Shown piece by piece: positions 1-11,101 of a stretch of DNA of 64,000 bases. Origin of the DNA: Exceevirus Xc38 (taxonomy: Duplodnaviria > Heunggongvirae > Uroviricota > Caudoviricetes > Schitoviridae); the IMG/VR virus record IMGVR_UViG_2974723840_000001, positions 15,329-79,328 of that record; one strand, given 5' to 3'. The notes under the pieces are model-generated. The model was not told the DNA's origin and did not search any database. It saw only the letters and a program-made list of their open reading frames with translations. The translations under genes and the position numbers were made by a program. How positions within the stretch are numbered: the stretch's first letter is position 1; every line of letters starts with the position of its first letter.

Positions 1-2
1 TA

Positions 3-1007
3 GAAGATGCTATTGCTAAAGCCAAGAAATCAGGTGGAGACTTCTTACAGTACTTACCTAAAGAAACCCAGAACTATGTACCTTCTATCCTTAACCGTGC
101 AGGGCAAGGTAACGCACAGCAAGCAGTTAATGCTGTAGGTGGTACAGGTCTATCTCAAGCTAGTATGGCTAAGATTACTGGTGGATATAATGATGCAATA
201 GCTAAGCTCAATGCTGACTATAATGCTCAAGGTGCTAAAGATCAGATCAAAGGCTCTGTAGCTACTACAGGTAAGAACGTAGATACTTGGGTTGCTAGTA
301 AGAAGGATAAAGGACTAATCTTCTCTAACAACAATACATTCTTCACTAAAGCTACTGATCTAGCTAAGATGGCTAAAGCAGACCCTGCATTTAATAAGCT
401 TCCTGAGAATGCTCAGATGAACGTATTAGAAGGTGCATACGCTAAGATGAATGATGTAAATGCATTCCAGTATGTACCTGATGGTGACTTGAAGAAGTTC
501 ATTAGTCGTGAATCTCAGAACTATCAGAAGGATCGTGTGAATCAATTTAACCAACAGAAAGAAGCTGCTTTTGAGCAGGCTTATCAATCTGCAGTTAAAG
601 AGTTTCGTGCAGTAGGGCAACAACCCCCTAGTCGTGAAGGCTTTAGACAGTTGGTAGATCCACAAGCTCCTGCTCCTAAGAAGCAACAGAGTAATGCACA
701 GAAGGCAACTGCAGCTGTAACTCCTAGAGCTACACGAGCTGTACAAGCTCCAAGTTATATTACTCAAGGTGCTCGTATTAACTCTCGTAATGAAGCTCTA
801 AGCCAAGCTAGGGAGAGAAGTACTAACGTAGCAAACGCTCCAACACGTAAAGAGTTAGATGCACTGAAGGCTGAAGCCTTGCGTAAAGCTAATACTAAGC
901 GAGAGGAAGAGGCTGCAAAAGCAGCATTTAAGAAACTCCAAGAGGCTAATAAGAACAAGCCTTTGAGTCCTGAAATGCAGAAACTACTCAAACGATATGG
1001 AGGGTGA
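3..1007 (+). CDS. Late virion-associated protein, 5' end outside the window. The open frame runs from nt 3; the track's Met at 165 is internal. It is basic, low-complexity and A/K/Q-rich. By position (immediately upstream of the vRNAP gene) it is likely an N4 gp51/52-like internal virion protein.
   Basis: Stop-free frame from nt 3 to 1007. Shares strand and gene order with the vRNAP. Followed by an intrinsic terminator at 1042-1070. The composition is typical of ejected or internal virion proteins. Confidence 0.45.
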   Translation, partial: EDAIAKAKKSGGDFLQYLPKETQNYVPSILNRAGQGNAQQAVNAVGGTGLSQASMAKITGGYNDAIAKLNADYNAQGAKDQIKGSVATTGKNVDTWVASKKDKGLIFSNNNTFFTKATDLAKMAKADPAFNKLPENAQMNVLEGAYAKMNDVNAFQYVPDGDLKKFISRESQNYQKDRVNQFNQQKEAAFEQAYQSAVKEFRAVGQQPPSREGFRQLVDPQAPAPKKQQSNAQKATAAVTPRATRAVQAPSYITQGARINSRNEALSQARERSTNVANAPTRKELDALKAEALRKANTKREEEAAKAAFKKLQEANKNKPLSPEMQKLLKRYGG

Positions 1008-1041
1008 TTAATCAATTAACCTAAATACTATGATAGGATAG

Positions 1042-1070
1042 GCACGTATTAACATACGTGCTTTTTCTTT
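1042..1070 (+). terminator. Rho-independent terminator: GCACGTAT-TAAC-ATACGTGC followed by TTTTTCTTT.
   Basis: Perfect 8-bp stem, 4-nt loop and a T-run, read directly from the sequence. Confidence 0.7.
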
Positions 1071-1085
1071 ATATAGGATTTAATT

Positions 1086-4000
1086 ATGGCAGGCTATAAA
1101 TCATTACAAGTTGCTGATGCCTTGAACCGAGTAACCCAACAGTTAACACCTCAAGTAACAACAGGTACGTTGGCTAACTCTGTTTATGGCCGCAACACTA
1201 ATGCTCCAGATGCTACTGCTCAAACCATTCAAGACTTAGGCCAAGCACAGAATTACTATAATAGTATCTATAGTAAGACTGGTTCTGATTATGCTCAGGA
1301 CGCAGCTGTAGCATTAGGTAAAGGTATTGTGGCTGTTCCTCAAGCAGCTGCAGGTATCGTTGATCTAGCTGATGCAGGTGTACAAGCGCTTACTGGACAA
1401 GAAGTCCAAGGTGGTCGCTTCACTAAGTTATTGGATGATTCAGGCGTACGCTTCAAAGAGACTCAAGACATTCTATCTGGATTGTATTCAGATGGTACTC
1501 AACGTCAGCTTCAAGGCTTAGCAGCTTTACCTGGAATGAGTACAGAACAGTCATTAGGACAGAACCTTAGCTCTCTTGGTTCAACCTTTGGTTATGTGTT
1601 GGATAACCCATCATTAGCTGTTAACACTATTATCGAATCATTACCTCAGATTGCTGCAGGTGGTGTAGTAGGTCGTGGTGCTGCTGCTCTAGGTGCTAGA
1701 TCTGCATCTGGTGCTATTGGTGAAGGTGTCACTATGGCAGGTAGTGCTCAAGCTAATATGGACAGAAACGCAGAAGGTTATACTACTGGCAACCAAGCAT
1801 TAGGTGCTGCTGCTATTGGTGTACTTGGTGGAGCTGTAGGTTTAGCAGGTGCTCGTTTTGCAGGTCATCAAGGTGCTCAAGATATTAACAACCTTGCTGC
1901 AGGTATCTCTGCTCAGACAGCTAACAAAGGATTCAGATCTCTTGGTGTAGGTACTGCAACAGAAGCTGCAGAAGAAGCTGCTCAGTCATCTCTAGAGAAC
2001 GTAATCACTAACATCTCATCTGGTAAAGATGCTATTCAAGGTTTAAACCAAGATTTAGTATTAGGCACTCTTGCAGGTGCTGGTATGGGTGGTGTTGTTA
2101 ACGCTCGTAGTTCTGTAGCAGGTGCTGCACTAGATGCTGTACAACGTGCTGTAGAGAAGCAAGCTGAACGCATTAAACAAGCTCAACCGGAACGTAGTGA
2201 TACACCTACTGAAGAGTTAGCCAATACTCAATCTACTGCTTATAACCCTACTGCTGCTATCGTACGAGAAGCTAAATCAATTACTTCAGAATCTACCCCT
2301 GAAGAGATTGCTGCTGCTAAGCAACGTACTGATGAAGTATTAAACCAAGCAGAAGAAAGCTTAGCTAACCTACAAGAAATGAAAGTAGAGTTGGAAGCTG
2401 AACCTGTAGTTCTTCAAAACATTCAAGGTGCTCAAGCTGCTATTGAACGCTTTACTGCATCTGGCGAAGTAGAGAAAGCTCAACGTGCTCAAGCTATCCT
2501 TGAACAAGTACTTCAACCCCGTCTTGAAAAGATTCAACAAATTAAAGAAGTAGCATCATTAGATACTATTGATGGTGTGCTTGCTGAACGCCAAGCTAAG
2601 GTAGATGAAGCTCGTGATATGCACTCTAAGTACTCTGGTTTATTAAACCAAGTAACAGAGAATCAGACTCCTTCTGCTCAAGTGTTTGGTGCTCCACAAA
2701 GCTTTACTGCTGCACAGATTGAATCTGTAATTGCTGATCCTAATACTCCTGAATTAGATAAGCCTGTACTTCGTGCATTGGCTGATGCTGTTATTGCACA
2801 GAATGCTGTTAAAGATATTGATGCAGTAAACCAACAAGTAGTAGGTAAGAAGTTTGATCCTAACTATCGTAGTACTCCTCAATATATGGAACAGTTTGCT
2901 AAAGCTATTCAGTCTGGTTCTGTTCCTGCACAGGTGAACTTACTCCGTGAGATTAAGTCATTTGAACAATCACATGTACAGAAAGCTGAGTTGGTTGCTC
3001 AAGCATTAGAAGCTGCACAGACTCAAGGTATTCGTAGTCAGATCATTCGTACTGCTCAAGGCCAATGGACATTCAACCAAGGTGAATTACTTAAAGGTGA
3101 TGAAGCTAAACAGAATGGTGCTATTACAGTACATCCTACTCCTCGTGGTATTGCTGCAATGGTTAAAACCAATGAGTACATGCAAGCAGAAGCTCAAGCT
3201 ATTACAGCTACTCGTAATGCTATGGAGCAAATGCAGAGTGCTACTGGACAGACTCTTCCACAACAGGTACAACCAGAACAACCATTGTCATTTGATGATG
3301 CAATGGATTCTTATAACCTAGATGCGAGAGCCAACTATGACTTCCAACCTGAGCGCAGAATTGAAGATCCACGCACAAATACAGCACCTGTTAGCACTGA
3401 TGGAATTGGATCAACAGAAGCGGCAGTTCCTACAAGAACACAACCTACCGCAAGAACCGAGTCTGGTAGTGATACCACCCAAGTTCAAACCAATAACACT
3501 GGAGCAGCTAATCCGGTAGCGGAGGCTGAACGTGTAGCAAGTCGTAGCGTAAGCGAAGACGCAGCTACGGAAGTTCAGACAAGCGTAGATGAAGCAACCA
3601 AAGCTACTAATGAGGAACAAGTAGATGAAGTGGTACAACCTGAAGTTAAGACAGAAGCTGAACCTGAAGCTGTTAGCTCTGCTGAAAAAGCTGAAAAGAA
3701 TCCTGAGCGTACTGCAGAACGTAAGAAAGAGCCAAAGCAACGGAACCTTGTTATTGATGGTTTCAATAAACGTGATACCGTTCTTAATCGTAATCCTGAC
3801 TTTGCTTCTCGCTTTCTTAGCCGCTCAAGCAATATTGCAGCTGTAGAATCTATCGTAGGTGAAGAGCTTACTGATAAGCAGAAAACTGCTGTAAATGACT
3901 TCTCTAAGTTTGCTGCTTACTTTGATAGTAAGTTAGATGGTTTAATTGGAGATAAGCAACTTGAGTATCGCTTCCAGGACTTTAACCAATTCTTATTAGA

Positions 4001-7000
4001 AGACGGTAAGTTACCTGAGAATGTTAAGACTGCTGTATCTGCTGCCATGTATTCATGGTTAGCGGAGAATGGCTCTAAGACTCTTAACAATGAAAAAGAT
4101 GTTGCAAAGCTGCTACTGCTTAATAACGTAGAAACTGTACCTACCTCTGTGTTTAATGACTTTACTGCTGTAGGTGGTCATCAACAATTAATCATAGCAT
4201 CGTTAGGTCAAAAAGCTATGCAAGCACTTGGCCTAAAAGTAGTATCTGACGTAGACCCTGCACGCAAGACAAAACTTGAATCAGGTCTAGGCGCACTTGC
4301 GATGGTTTCCCTAGTTAACGCGGGTTATCTAGAAAGACATACAATTAAGGTAGTTGACTTTCTAAAAGCGCAGCGAATGTCAAATACTGAACTCAGTGAT
4401 AAAGAGCAGTCTTCTCTAAATAAAGCTATTCTAAAAGCAGGTAATAAAGAAATGTCTTTCTTACGCCCTGCTGTTGTTGACAGTGCAGGTACTCCAGCAA
4501 CTCGTGTCACTAAAGTAATTGACTCTGCTAAAGAAACTAAAGGTATTATCCAGAAGATGTTTGGTGTACAGCGTGACATTAAACTACCTTCACTTGAGCC
4601 TGTAACAACTACTCCTAATACGTTTAACCGTATGGGTAGTCAATTACCTTCTTACACTAAAGAGATGTTAGAAGCTGCTCAGAAGAATGGATACAAGATG
4701 TCAGCTCCTGCTATGCAGTTCATTGACAACGTTAAGCGTGAAGATCTACGTGAGTTATTTGGTTACGTAAATCCTAATGCTGATGGTTCATTTGATGGTA
4801 TGCACAAGAAGTTCTGGGAAGGCCAATTAGCTGCTAACCAAGCAGTAGAACGTGCTATCGATATCATTGCAGAACAACGTGTTAACTTAGGTGATGATTC
4901 TAAAGAGTTCTTCTTTGAACATACTTCATGGACTAACACTCGTTCTGGCTATGATGCTGCATTCAACTTACAAGCTAACAAGATGCACCGTGCTGTAGCA
5001 GGTATGTCAGCTCATGTAGTTGAAGTAGGTTTTGAGCCTGTTATGAGAGACGGACAAACCACTAAGTTTGGTGAGTTCTTAATGGCAGTAGCTATGAGTG
5101 CTGAAGGTGTATCTGATGCTCTAGGTATTCAAACTGTAGATAAGATGTCTGCTGAATCTTTTCTTCCTAAGTTCCAAGAATACCTAGCACGCGACTACGT
5201 ACAAGAAGGTATTGAAGCTATGGCTTCTATCCTTGAAGGTCAAGGCGACAAATCTGATATGGCTAAAGTTAAGTCTTTAGTTAAAGAGTTTGATATGGGC
5301 GCTATGTCTGTACGTGCATTACAAGCATTAGCACAGATGCATATTGCCCAACGTGATGGACAACGTACGTTTACTTCTGACATTGGTTTTGAATCTGATG
5401 GTGTTACTAACGGCCCAGTAATTACTAACGTAGTTTTAAACACAGCTGATGCTGACATGTTAGAAGCTGGTGGTGTATTTACTGACGCTAGTAAAACTAA
5501 CGTACCTACCAACAAAGAGTTAGGCACCAAAGATATCTATGAGCAACTTGGTGAAGTAATTAAGACTGCATGGGTTAAGTATAAAGCTAACGCTAAATCA
5601 TACGCCTTAGCTTCTGCAAAAGGACTAGATAGTATCTACTCTGCCTTTGGTGAACGTAAAGGTGCTAAACCAATCGTAACTACCTCTACCTATGGGGCAG
5701 GGATCTTATCAATCAAACGTGCGAACGCACGCGAGGTTTTAGATGCTTTTTACAGAGGTCTAGAGAAAGCAGGTAAAAACAATGATATGAGTGCAGCACA
5801 AAATCTTATTGATGCTGTAAACCAAACCATTAAGTTCAGTAACTATGAGCAAGGTTTACGTACTCCATTAGCACAAGTTAAAGGTAATTTATTAGAGTTA
5901 ATGCTTACTCCTGAACAAGAATCTGCATTGTTCTATGCTGCTGACAAGCAACATGGTGAAGCTATTAAGAACACTCTTGATACTGCTATGGCAGACTTCA
6001 ACACAGTACGCGATAACTTAACCAAGCAAGCAGTAAGTGGTTTTGCTGTATATGACTTGATTCGTAATGAAGCAATTAATGAAGCGTTGAAAGACACTAC
6101 TGATGTAATTGTTGATAGTAAAGGTAATCGCCAAGAAGGTCTTACTTCTGATCAGATGAAGAAAGTGCTCAAGTCTATTGAACGCTATACCCCTTCTGTT
6201 GTGTCAGGTATGGGTAATATGTCTACCAATAAGAAGCAGTCTTCTATCCCACTGATGAAGCAAAACACAGTTTGGGACGATACAGCTATGGGAGATCAAC
6301 AGCATGTATTTAAAGGTATGTGGCAAGGAGTAAATAAAAGCAAGTTTACTATACGTTCATCCATTAAGCGTGATGCTGTACAAAACCCTGGTGTATCTGG
6401 CCTAGTACTTATCATTCAGTCTATTGATGCAATGATTACTCATACTACTATCGGTAAGATTCCTTCACAGAACTATCACGATGCTGACGCATCTGCTGTA
6501 GGTAAAGGCAAGGAAATGGCACGTATACAGAATGAAGCTTTTGTTGATGGTGTTATGAATACTCATGTAAACCGTGAGTTTGTACGTGCATTGCTTAATC
6601 CATTGTCTATTGCTTTGGATAACCCCGCATTTGCTAAGGCCAATAAAGCTGCTCTACAAGAAGCATCTACTGACTTGGTTAAGTCTGTTAAAGATGCGTA
6701 TGCTCGTGATGACGCTAAGTTAGTTAATATGCTTACCTGGAAGAACGTTAACCAATACGGTACACAAGGTGGTCATTTTGTAATGACTAACGCTAAGCGT
6801 AAGCAGATTGTAGATGCACGTGATCAACTTAAGAAAGACTTGGCTAAGGATTTAGCTCTAGCTACTAAGATTGTTGATGCTGTATCTGATAAAGCTAAGC
6901 CTACAACTATCGAAGGTAAGTTAATCGCTGATGGTACTATGAAGGGTTCTGAGCTTGTTCCTATGCTACAAGCTGAGCTTAAACAGTTCCAAGGTAAGTC

Positions 7001-10000
7001 TGGTGATACAGGTAAGTTCTCTCAGTTCTATGACAGCATGCTTGATCTTATTACTAAGCAATTACCTAGCAACCTAGAAGTGAACTACTTCAATGAAGTA
7101 GATGCTCCATCTAATGTTGTTGGTTTAGAGGAAGCTGTTAAGAACAATAACCCTGCTTGGTACACAACTGGCAAGAATGGTAACCCACAGATTAATATCT
7201 TACGTGGTGATAAGCCTATTCGCGCACAGGTTCTCGTACATGAGCTAGTTCATGCTATTACAGTAGAATCTATTGCCCAAGTACGTAAAGAGCCTATAGC
7301 GCACGCTAAGGCTGCAGAATCGCTATCTAAACTAGATGCTTTGTATGAAGACATAAAAGCTAAGGTTAAAGCTGATCCTAACGCTACTGACTTGATGAAG
7401 TACGCTACTCAGAACGTAGAAGAGTTTATTGCTACTGGTTTCTCATACCCTGAGTTTGTTAACTACTTAGATAGTCAATTAGCTCCTAAAGCTGCTCGTG
7501 GTAAGAATCGTATCGTTACTGCATTACGTGCATTCGTAGACTCTATTATGGGTGTATTAGAAAGCTTTACTGGTCGTAAGTATTCATCTAAAGATGCAAC
7601 TGCACTAGAAGCATTGATTTTGGATACTACTGAATTCTTAGGTCGTGCTCCTGTACAGACTACTGGTACTCAAGCAACTATCTTTGGTGCTCCAGAACAA
7701 GCTCGTAGCAAAGTAGCTACGTTTACTTCTCGTCAAGTATTTGATGCATTGGACTCTAACTTAGATCCTAAGTTTAAGCTTCACTTGCAATCAATGATGA
7801 CTCATGTGTCTGACACTATTTATGGTGGTTTGAATGATCAACTAACAAGTAACCCTGATGGTACATGGTCACCTGAACGTGCATGGGAAGAGTACTTAGA
7901 GAAAGGAAGTTTAGATACTACTGAGTCTTCTACTACTGCAGGTTTCCGTATGACTGAACAAGAGACTTTCGCTGTTGAGTCTTTATATGCTGCTCTTGTA
8001 GCCGGGTTGAAAGATAAGTCTATGTCTCAAGTTTATGCTGAGCTTAACAAGTCATTTAATGCTGCAGCTAAAAAGCTTAAACCAGAAAACTTCTATGAAG
8101 GTGATTGGGCTACTGCTTCTCGTGAAGATAAGCGTGATGCTCAAGACATGTATGACTTCATCTTTAAGTACGGCCCTGAGAACAAAGAACCATTAGCTCG
8201 CTTTACTGCTATGGCTATTGGCTCTGAACAGTTCAATAAGTTACTTGGCTTCTCTGCTAAAGACGAAGCTTCTGGTACTACTGATACTTTTGAAAAGTTA
8301 GTTGAGCATACTAATACTGCTCTTGATTATGTAGGTGGTTTGATGACTAACTCATCCGCTAACCAACAGATTAAGAATCGTGTTGCTTTACTTGCTAAAG
8401 AATTAGCTCGTATTGATGCCAAGACTCGTGAGCAATCTATCAGTAAGGTTGAACAACAGTTAGAGAAGATCACTGATTTTACAGATGGTTTATCTGACAA
8501 GTTACGTGACCAAGTAGTTAAATTAGCTAACCATGACAAGATTGCTAACTCTCGTTTCACTAGTGTTCGTTTAGCTTCTAACGTTACTCGCTTATCTGCT
8601 CGTGGTGATCTATGGACTACTCTTGATGTAGTTAAAGATCTTCATAACTTCCATAGCCCTAATGAGCGCTTAGGCATCATTGGTGAGATTGTGAATGAAG
8701 CAGGTAATAACGATGCTACTAAGAACAGTGTTGAAAAGCTTATGCGTATTACTAAGCTTAATAACCAGATGAAAGAGAACATTCGTGATACCACTACTAA
8801 GAACGTTATGTCTACGTTTGAAGAGAATGGTCAGTACTTAACTAAAGATGATAAGACTGCAATCACTACTATGCTACGTGCTGATGTACAGTCATTGACT
8901 GGTAACTACAGTACTAAAGAGATCGCTGATCTTTACATGAATGAATCATTCTTGAATAAAGAAATTGCTGCTCTTGAGAAGCAAGTAAATGATTGGACTA
9001 TGCTTAACCGTGCTAAGCAGTTAGGTAAGTACATGATTACAGGTTTGGGTTCTCCTGGTCTTGCTAAGAATGCTCAGCTTATTGTCTCTGGTTTCAGTGG
9101 TGAAGTTGTTGATATTCGTGATAAGCGTGTAGATCTTATTGATCGTGTAGCTACTCTCTACGCTATTCGTTATACAGACTCTAAGACTAAAGGCAGACTT
9201 GCAGCTGTAATGAAACGTGAGCTTAAGAACAAGACTAACGGTATTGATACGTCTATCAAGTTCCATAAGGAATTAGCTGACAATGCTAAGAAAGTTTTGT
9301 TTGCTGACAACATTACATCTGTAATGAAAGGCTATGTACCAGAGGTTACTAACCCTAACAAGGACGTACGTATTGCTCATAATGAAGCAGAGACTAAGTT
9401 GCTTAAAGAACAGTTCTATACTGAAGTTAAAACTTTAGGTAAGGATAAGTCAGACCCGACTAAGTCTACTGCTCGTTTGTTCTATACAGAAGAAGCTAAC
9501 TTACAGCGTTTGGTTTCTGGTGCTATTGAGATTGTATCTACTAACCGTAAAGGTACAGCAGTGTCTATGGATTCTAAGGAGTTCAACAGAGCATTGGCAG
9601 CAGCTAAGCAAGTTCCTACTTCACCTAGCTATGACCCAATGGCAGACAAAGAAATCTATATGATTCCTTCGTACGACACCAAGGGTAATGTAACTGGTTT
9701 CAACTATGAAATGTCTGCACATAACCGTGACACTTTACTTGAACGTAATAACGACTTTGCTGAGTTACTAGGTTCTTATGCAGCTACTAACTTTAACAAG
9801 GTTACAGTTCCTAACCAGAATGATGCAGTTATTGAAGCAGCTTATCAGGACTACAAAGATAACTTTGCTGATAACCCACGTGCATACGTAACAGTAGGCC
9901 CTTCATCTAATGATGTAGGTTTACGTGAAGTATGGGCAATGCTTCCTGAGTCTAGCCGTAAGAAAGCTATTGCTACCTTTGGCCCGGATGGAATGGTAGT

Positions 10001-11057
10001 TCGTAACGATGTATTGCTTACTATGTTTGGATACCGTAAGTACTCAGCTAACCAATCTTTTGACAAGATGGAAGATGCTAAGTCTATGTTTGAAAAACTG
10101 TACACAGGTACTATGACTGAGATCTTTGGTTCTAAAGCTAAAGTTCGTGGTGTTCAGATAGAACGTAGTTGGCAAGAGTCTGTACGCTTGATGAAAGATA
10201 TTATTGTTATTCGTAACGTTAAGACTTTGGTTTCTAACTTAATGTCTAACGCTATGTTGTTATCTGCTCACGGTATTAGTCCTTCTGATATTGTTAAAGA
10301 TACAATGATGTCTATTCGTGCAGGTATGCAGTACCGTAAGGATATGGCTCGCTTAATGTCTTTACGTCAAAGACAAAGAGCTGGTGTAGGTGACTTCAAT
10401 GCTCAAGAGCAAGAAGCACTTAAGTTGGAAGATTCATTATCTCGTAACCCATTAGCAGGTTTTATTGAGGAAGGTATGATGCCTACAATCGTAGAAGATG
10501 TAGATCCATCTACTGACCATTACTCATATAAATCTAAGATGCAACAACGTATTGATGATCTTACTGAGAACGTACCTGCGTCTGTTAAGACTGCAGCTAA
10601 GTGGGCATTAGTATCTCCAGATACCCCGCTTTATAAGTTCTTGAACAACGCTACACAGATGTCAGACTTTAGTTCTAAGTATGTGATGTACAAGTACTAC
10701 ACTACTAAGGCTAAGGAAAAGCTAAGCCATGATGAAGCATTACAGATTGCTTCTGATAACTTTGTTAACTATGACGTACCAACAGCTAAAGGCTTACAGT
10801 ACTTAAACGATATGGGTATCGTAATGTTTACGAAGTATAACCTTCGTATTCAGAAAGCTTTATTCCAGTTACTTAAGAAGCGTCCTGCTACTGCATTAGC
10901 TCAAGCTTTACTGGTTCACAGTTTCACTAACCTTGAAGCAGGTATTGATCCTATCGTTTGGAATCAGATTGGTAACCCACTCCGTAGTGGTGCTATGGGA
11001 TTACCTTCTGCTCTAGATGAGCCATTACCTATCAAGATGATGACTAGCGTCTTCTGA
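1086..11057 (+). CDS. Giant virion-encapsidated RNA polymerase (N4 vRNAP family), 3323 aa, with a single-subunit T7-like RNAP core in its central part.
   Basis: Motif B of T7-like RNAPs (RxxxKx7YG) is present as RKGAKPIVTTSTYGAG. A specificity-loop/motif-A-like segment FESDGVTNGPVITNVV is present. A candidate motif C (NYHDADAS) is present. The 3323-aa size is close to N4 gp50 (3500 aa). The gene sits beside the virion protein genes. Confidence 0.88.
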   Translation: MAGYKSLQVADALNRVTQQLTPQVTTGTLANSVYGRNTNAPDATAQTIQDLGQAQNYYNSIYSKTGSDYAQDAAVALGKGIVAVPQAAAGIVDLADAGVQALTGQEVQGGRFTKLLDDSGVRFKETQDILSGLYSDGTQRQLQGLAALPGMSTEQSLGQNLSSLGSTFGYVLDNPSLAVNTIIESLPQIAAGGVVGRGAAALGARSASGAIGEGVTMAGSAQANMDRNAEGYTTGNQALGAAAIGVLGGAVGLAGARFAGHQGAQDINNLAAGISAQTANKGFRSLGVGTATEAAEEAAQSSLENVITNISSGKDAIQGLNQDLVLGTLAGAGMGGVVNARSSVAGAALDAVQRAVEKQAERIKQAQPERSDTPTEELANTQSTAYNPTAAIVREAKSITSESTPEEIAAAKQRTDEVLNQAEESLANLQEMKVELEAEPVVLQNIQGAQAAIERFTASGEVEKAQRAQAILEQVLQPRLEKIQQIKEVASLDTIDGVLAERQAKVDEARDMHSKYSGLLNQVTENQTPSAQVFGAPQSFTAAQIESVIADPNTPELDKPVLRALADAVIAQNAVKDIDAVNQQVVGKKFDPNYRSTPQYMEQFAKAIQSGSVPAQVNLLREIKSFEQSHVQKAELVAQALEAAQTQGIRSQIIRTAQGQWTFNQGELLKGDEAKQNGAITVHPTPRGIAAMVKTNEYMQAEAQAITATRNAMEQMQSATGQTLPQQVQPEQPLSFDDAMDSYNLDARANYDFQPERRIEDPRTNTAPVSTDGIGSTEAAVPTRTQPTARTESGSDTTQVQTNNTGAANPVAEAERVASRSVSEDAATEVQTSVDEATKATNEEQVDEVVQPEVKTEAEPEAVSSAEKAEKNPERTAERKKEPKQRNLVIDGFNKRDTVLNRNPDFASRFLSRSSNIAAVESIVGEELTDKQKTAVNDFSKFAAYFDSKLDGLIGDKQLEYRFQDFNQFLLEDGKLPENVKTAVSAAMYSWLAENGSKTLNNEKDVAKLLLLNNVETVPTSVFNDFTAVGGHQQLIIASLGQKAMQALGLKVVSDVDPARKTKLESGLGALAMVSLVNAGYLERHTIKVVDFLKAQRMSNTELSDKEQSSLNKAILKAGNKEMSFLRPAVVDSAGTPATRVTKVIDSAKETKGIIQKMFGVQRDIKLPSLEPVTTTPNTFNRMGSQLPSYTKEMLEAAQKNGYKMSAPAMQFIDNVKREDLRELFGYVNPNADGSFDGMHKKFWEGQLAANQAVERAIDIIAEQRVNLGDDSKEFFFEHTSWTNTRSGYDAAFNLQANKMHRAVAGMSAHVVEVGFEPVMRDGQTTKFGEFLMAVAMSAEGVSDALGIQTVDKMSAESFLPKFQEYLARDYVQEGIEAMASILEGQGDKSDMAKVKSLVKEFDMGAMSVRALQALAQMHIAQRDGQRTFTSDIGFESDGVTNGPVITNVVLNTADADMLEAGGVFTDASKTNVPTNKELGTKDIYEQLGEVIKTAWVKYKANAKSYALASAKGLDSIYSAFGERKGAKPIVTTSTYGAGILSIKRANAREVLDAFYRGLEKAGKNNDMSAAQNLIDAVNQTIKFSNYEQGLRTPLAQVKGNLLELMLTPEQESALFYAADKQHGEAIKNTLDTAMADFNTVRDNLTKQAVSGFAVYDLIRNEAINEALKDTTDVIVDSKGNRQEGLTSDQMKKVLKSIERYTPSVVSGMGNMSTNKKQSSIPLMKQNTVWDDTAMGDQQHVFKGMWQGVNKSKFTIRSSIKRDAVQNPGVSGLVLIIQSIDAMITHTTIGKIPSQNYHDADASAVGKGKEMARIQNEAFVDGVMNTHVNREFVRALLNPLSIALDNPAFAKANKAALQEASTDLVKSVKDAYARDDAKLVNMLTWKNVNQYGTQGGHFVMTNAKRKQIVDARDQLKKDLAKDLALATKIVDAVSDKAKPTTIEGKLIADGTMKGSELVPMLQAELKQFQGKSGDTGKFSQFYDSMLDLITKQLPSNLEVNYFNEVDAPSNVVGLEEAVKNNNPAWYTTGKNGNPQINILRGDKPIRAQVLVHELVHAITVESIAQVRKEPIAHAKAAESLSKLDALYEDIKAKVKADPNATDLMKYATQNVEEFIATGFSYPEFVNYLDSQLAPKAARGKNRIVTALRAFVDSIMGVLESFTGRKYSSKDATALEALILDTTEFLGRAPVQTTGTQATIFGAPEQARSKVATFTSRQVFDALDSNLDPKFKLHLQSMMTHVSDTIYGGLNDQLTSNPDGTWSPERAWEEYLEKGSLDTTESSTTAGFRMTEQETFAVESLYAALVAGLKDKSMSQVYAELNKSFNAAAKKLKPENFYEGDWATASREDKRDAQDMYDFIFKYGPENKEPLARFTAMAIGSEQFNKLLGFSAKDEASGTTDTFEKLVEHTNTALDYVGGLMTNSSANQQIKNRVALLAKELARIDAKTREQSISKVEQQLEKITDFTDGLSDKLRDQVVKLANHDKIANSRFTSVRLASNVTRLSARGDLWTTLDVVKDLHNFHSPNERLGIIGEIVNEAGNNDATKNSVEKLMRITKLNNQMKENIRDTTTKNVMSTFEENGQYLTKDDKTAITTMLRADVQSLTGNYSTKEIADLYMNESFLNKEIAALEKQVNDWTMLNRAKQLGKYMITGLGSPGLAKNAQLIVSGFSGEVVDIRDKRVDLIDRVATLYAIRYTDSKTKGRLAAVMKRELKNKTNGIDTSIKFHKELADNAKKVLFADNITSVMKGYVPEVTNPNKDVRIAHNEAETKLLKEQFYTEVKTLGKDKSDPTKSTARLFYTEEANLQRLVSGAIEIVSTNRKGTAVSMDSKEFNRALAAAKQVPTSPSYDPMADKEIYMIPSYDTKGNVTGFNYEMSAHNRDTLLERNNDFAELLGSYAATNFNKVTVPNQNDAVIEAAYQDYKDNFADNPRAYVTVGPSSNDVGLREVWAMLPESSRKKAIATFGPDGMVVRNDVLLTMFGYRKYSANQSFDKMEDAKSMFEKLYTGTMTEIFGSKAKVRGVQIERSWQESVRLMKDIIVIRNVKTLVSNLMSNAMLLSAHGISPSDIVKDTMMSIRAGMQYRKDMARLMSLRQRQRAGVGDFNAQEQEALKLEDSLSRNPLAGFIEEGMMPTIVEDVDPSTDHYSYKSKMQQRIDDLTENVPASVKTAAKWALVSPDTPLYKFLNNATQMSDFSSKYVMYKYYTTKAKEKLSHDEALQIASDNFVNYDVPTAKGLQYLNDMGIVMFTKYNLRIQKALFQLLKKRPATALAQALLVHSFTNLEAGIDPIVWNQIGNPLRSGAMGLPSALDEPLPIKMMTSVF

Positions 11058-11061
11058 CATT

Positions 11062-11095
11062 AAAAAGCCCCTCAGTAGAGGGGCTATTCTTTTTG
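11062..11095. terminator. Bidirectional intrinsic terminator: AGCCCCTC-AGTA-GAGGGGCT, flanked by an A-run upstream and a T-run downstream.
   Basis: 8-bp GC-rich stem with a 4-nt loop. It separates the convergent vRNAP gene and the minus-strand block. Confidence 0.8.
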
Positions 11096-11101
11096 TGCTA
11101 C

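Noticed and set aside
426-1015. Minus-strand ORFs (113 and 83 aa) antisense to the leftmost virion gene.
   Set aside because: They are fully embedded antisense in a coding region, have low-complexity S/C/L-rich translations and no RBS. They are typical shadow ORFs.
3082-10105. Multiple 60-110-aa ORFs on both strands inside the vRNAP gene (for example 3082..3321, 3411..3740, 5240..5530, 8327..8560, 9021..9266, 9851..10105).
   Set aside because: All lie within the continuous 3323-aa ORF. Their translations are low complexity and are artefacts of the long gene's codon bias.
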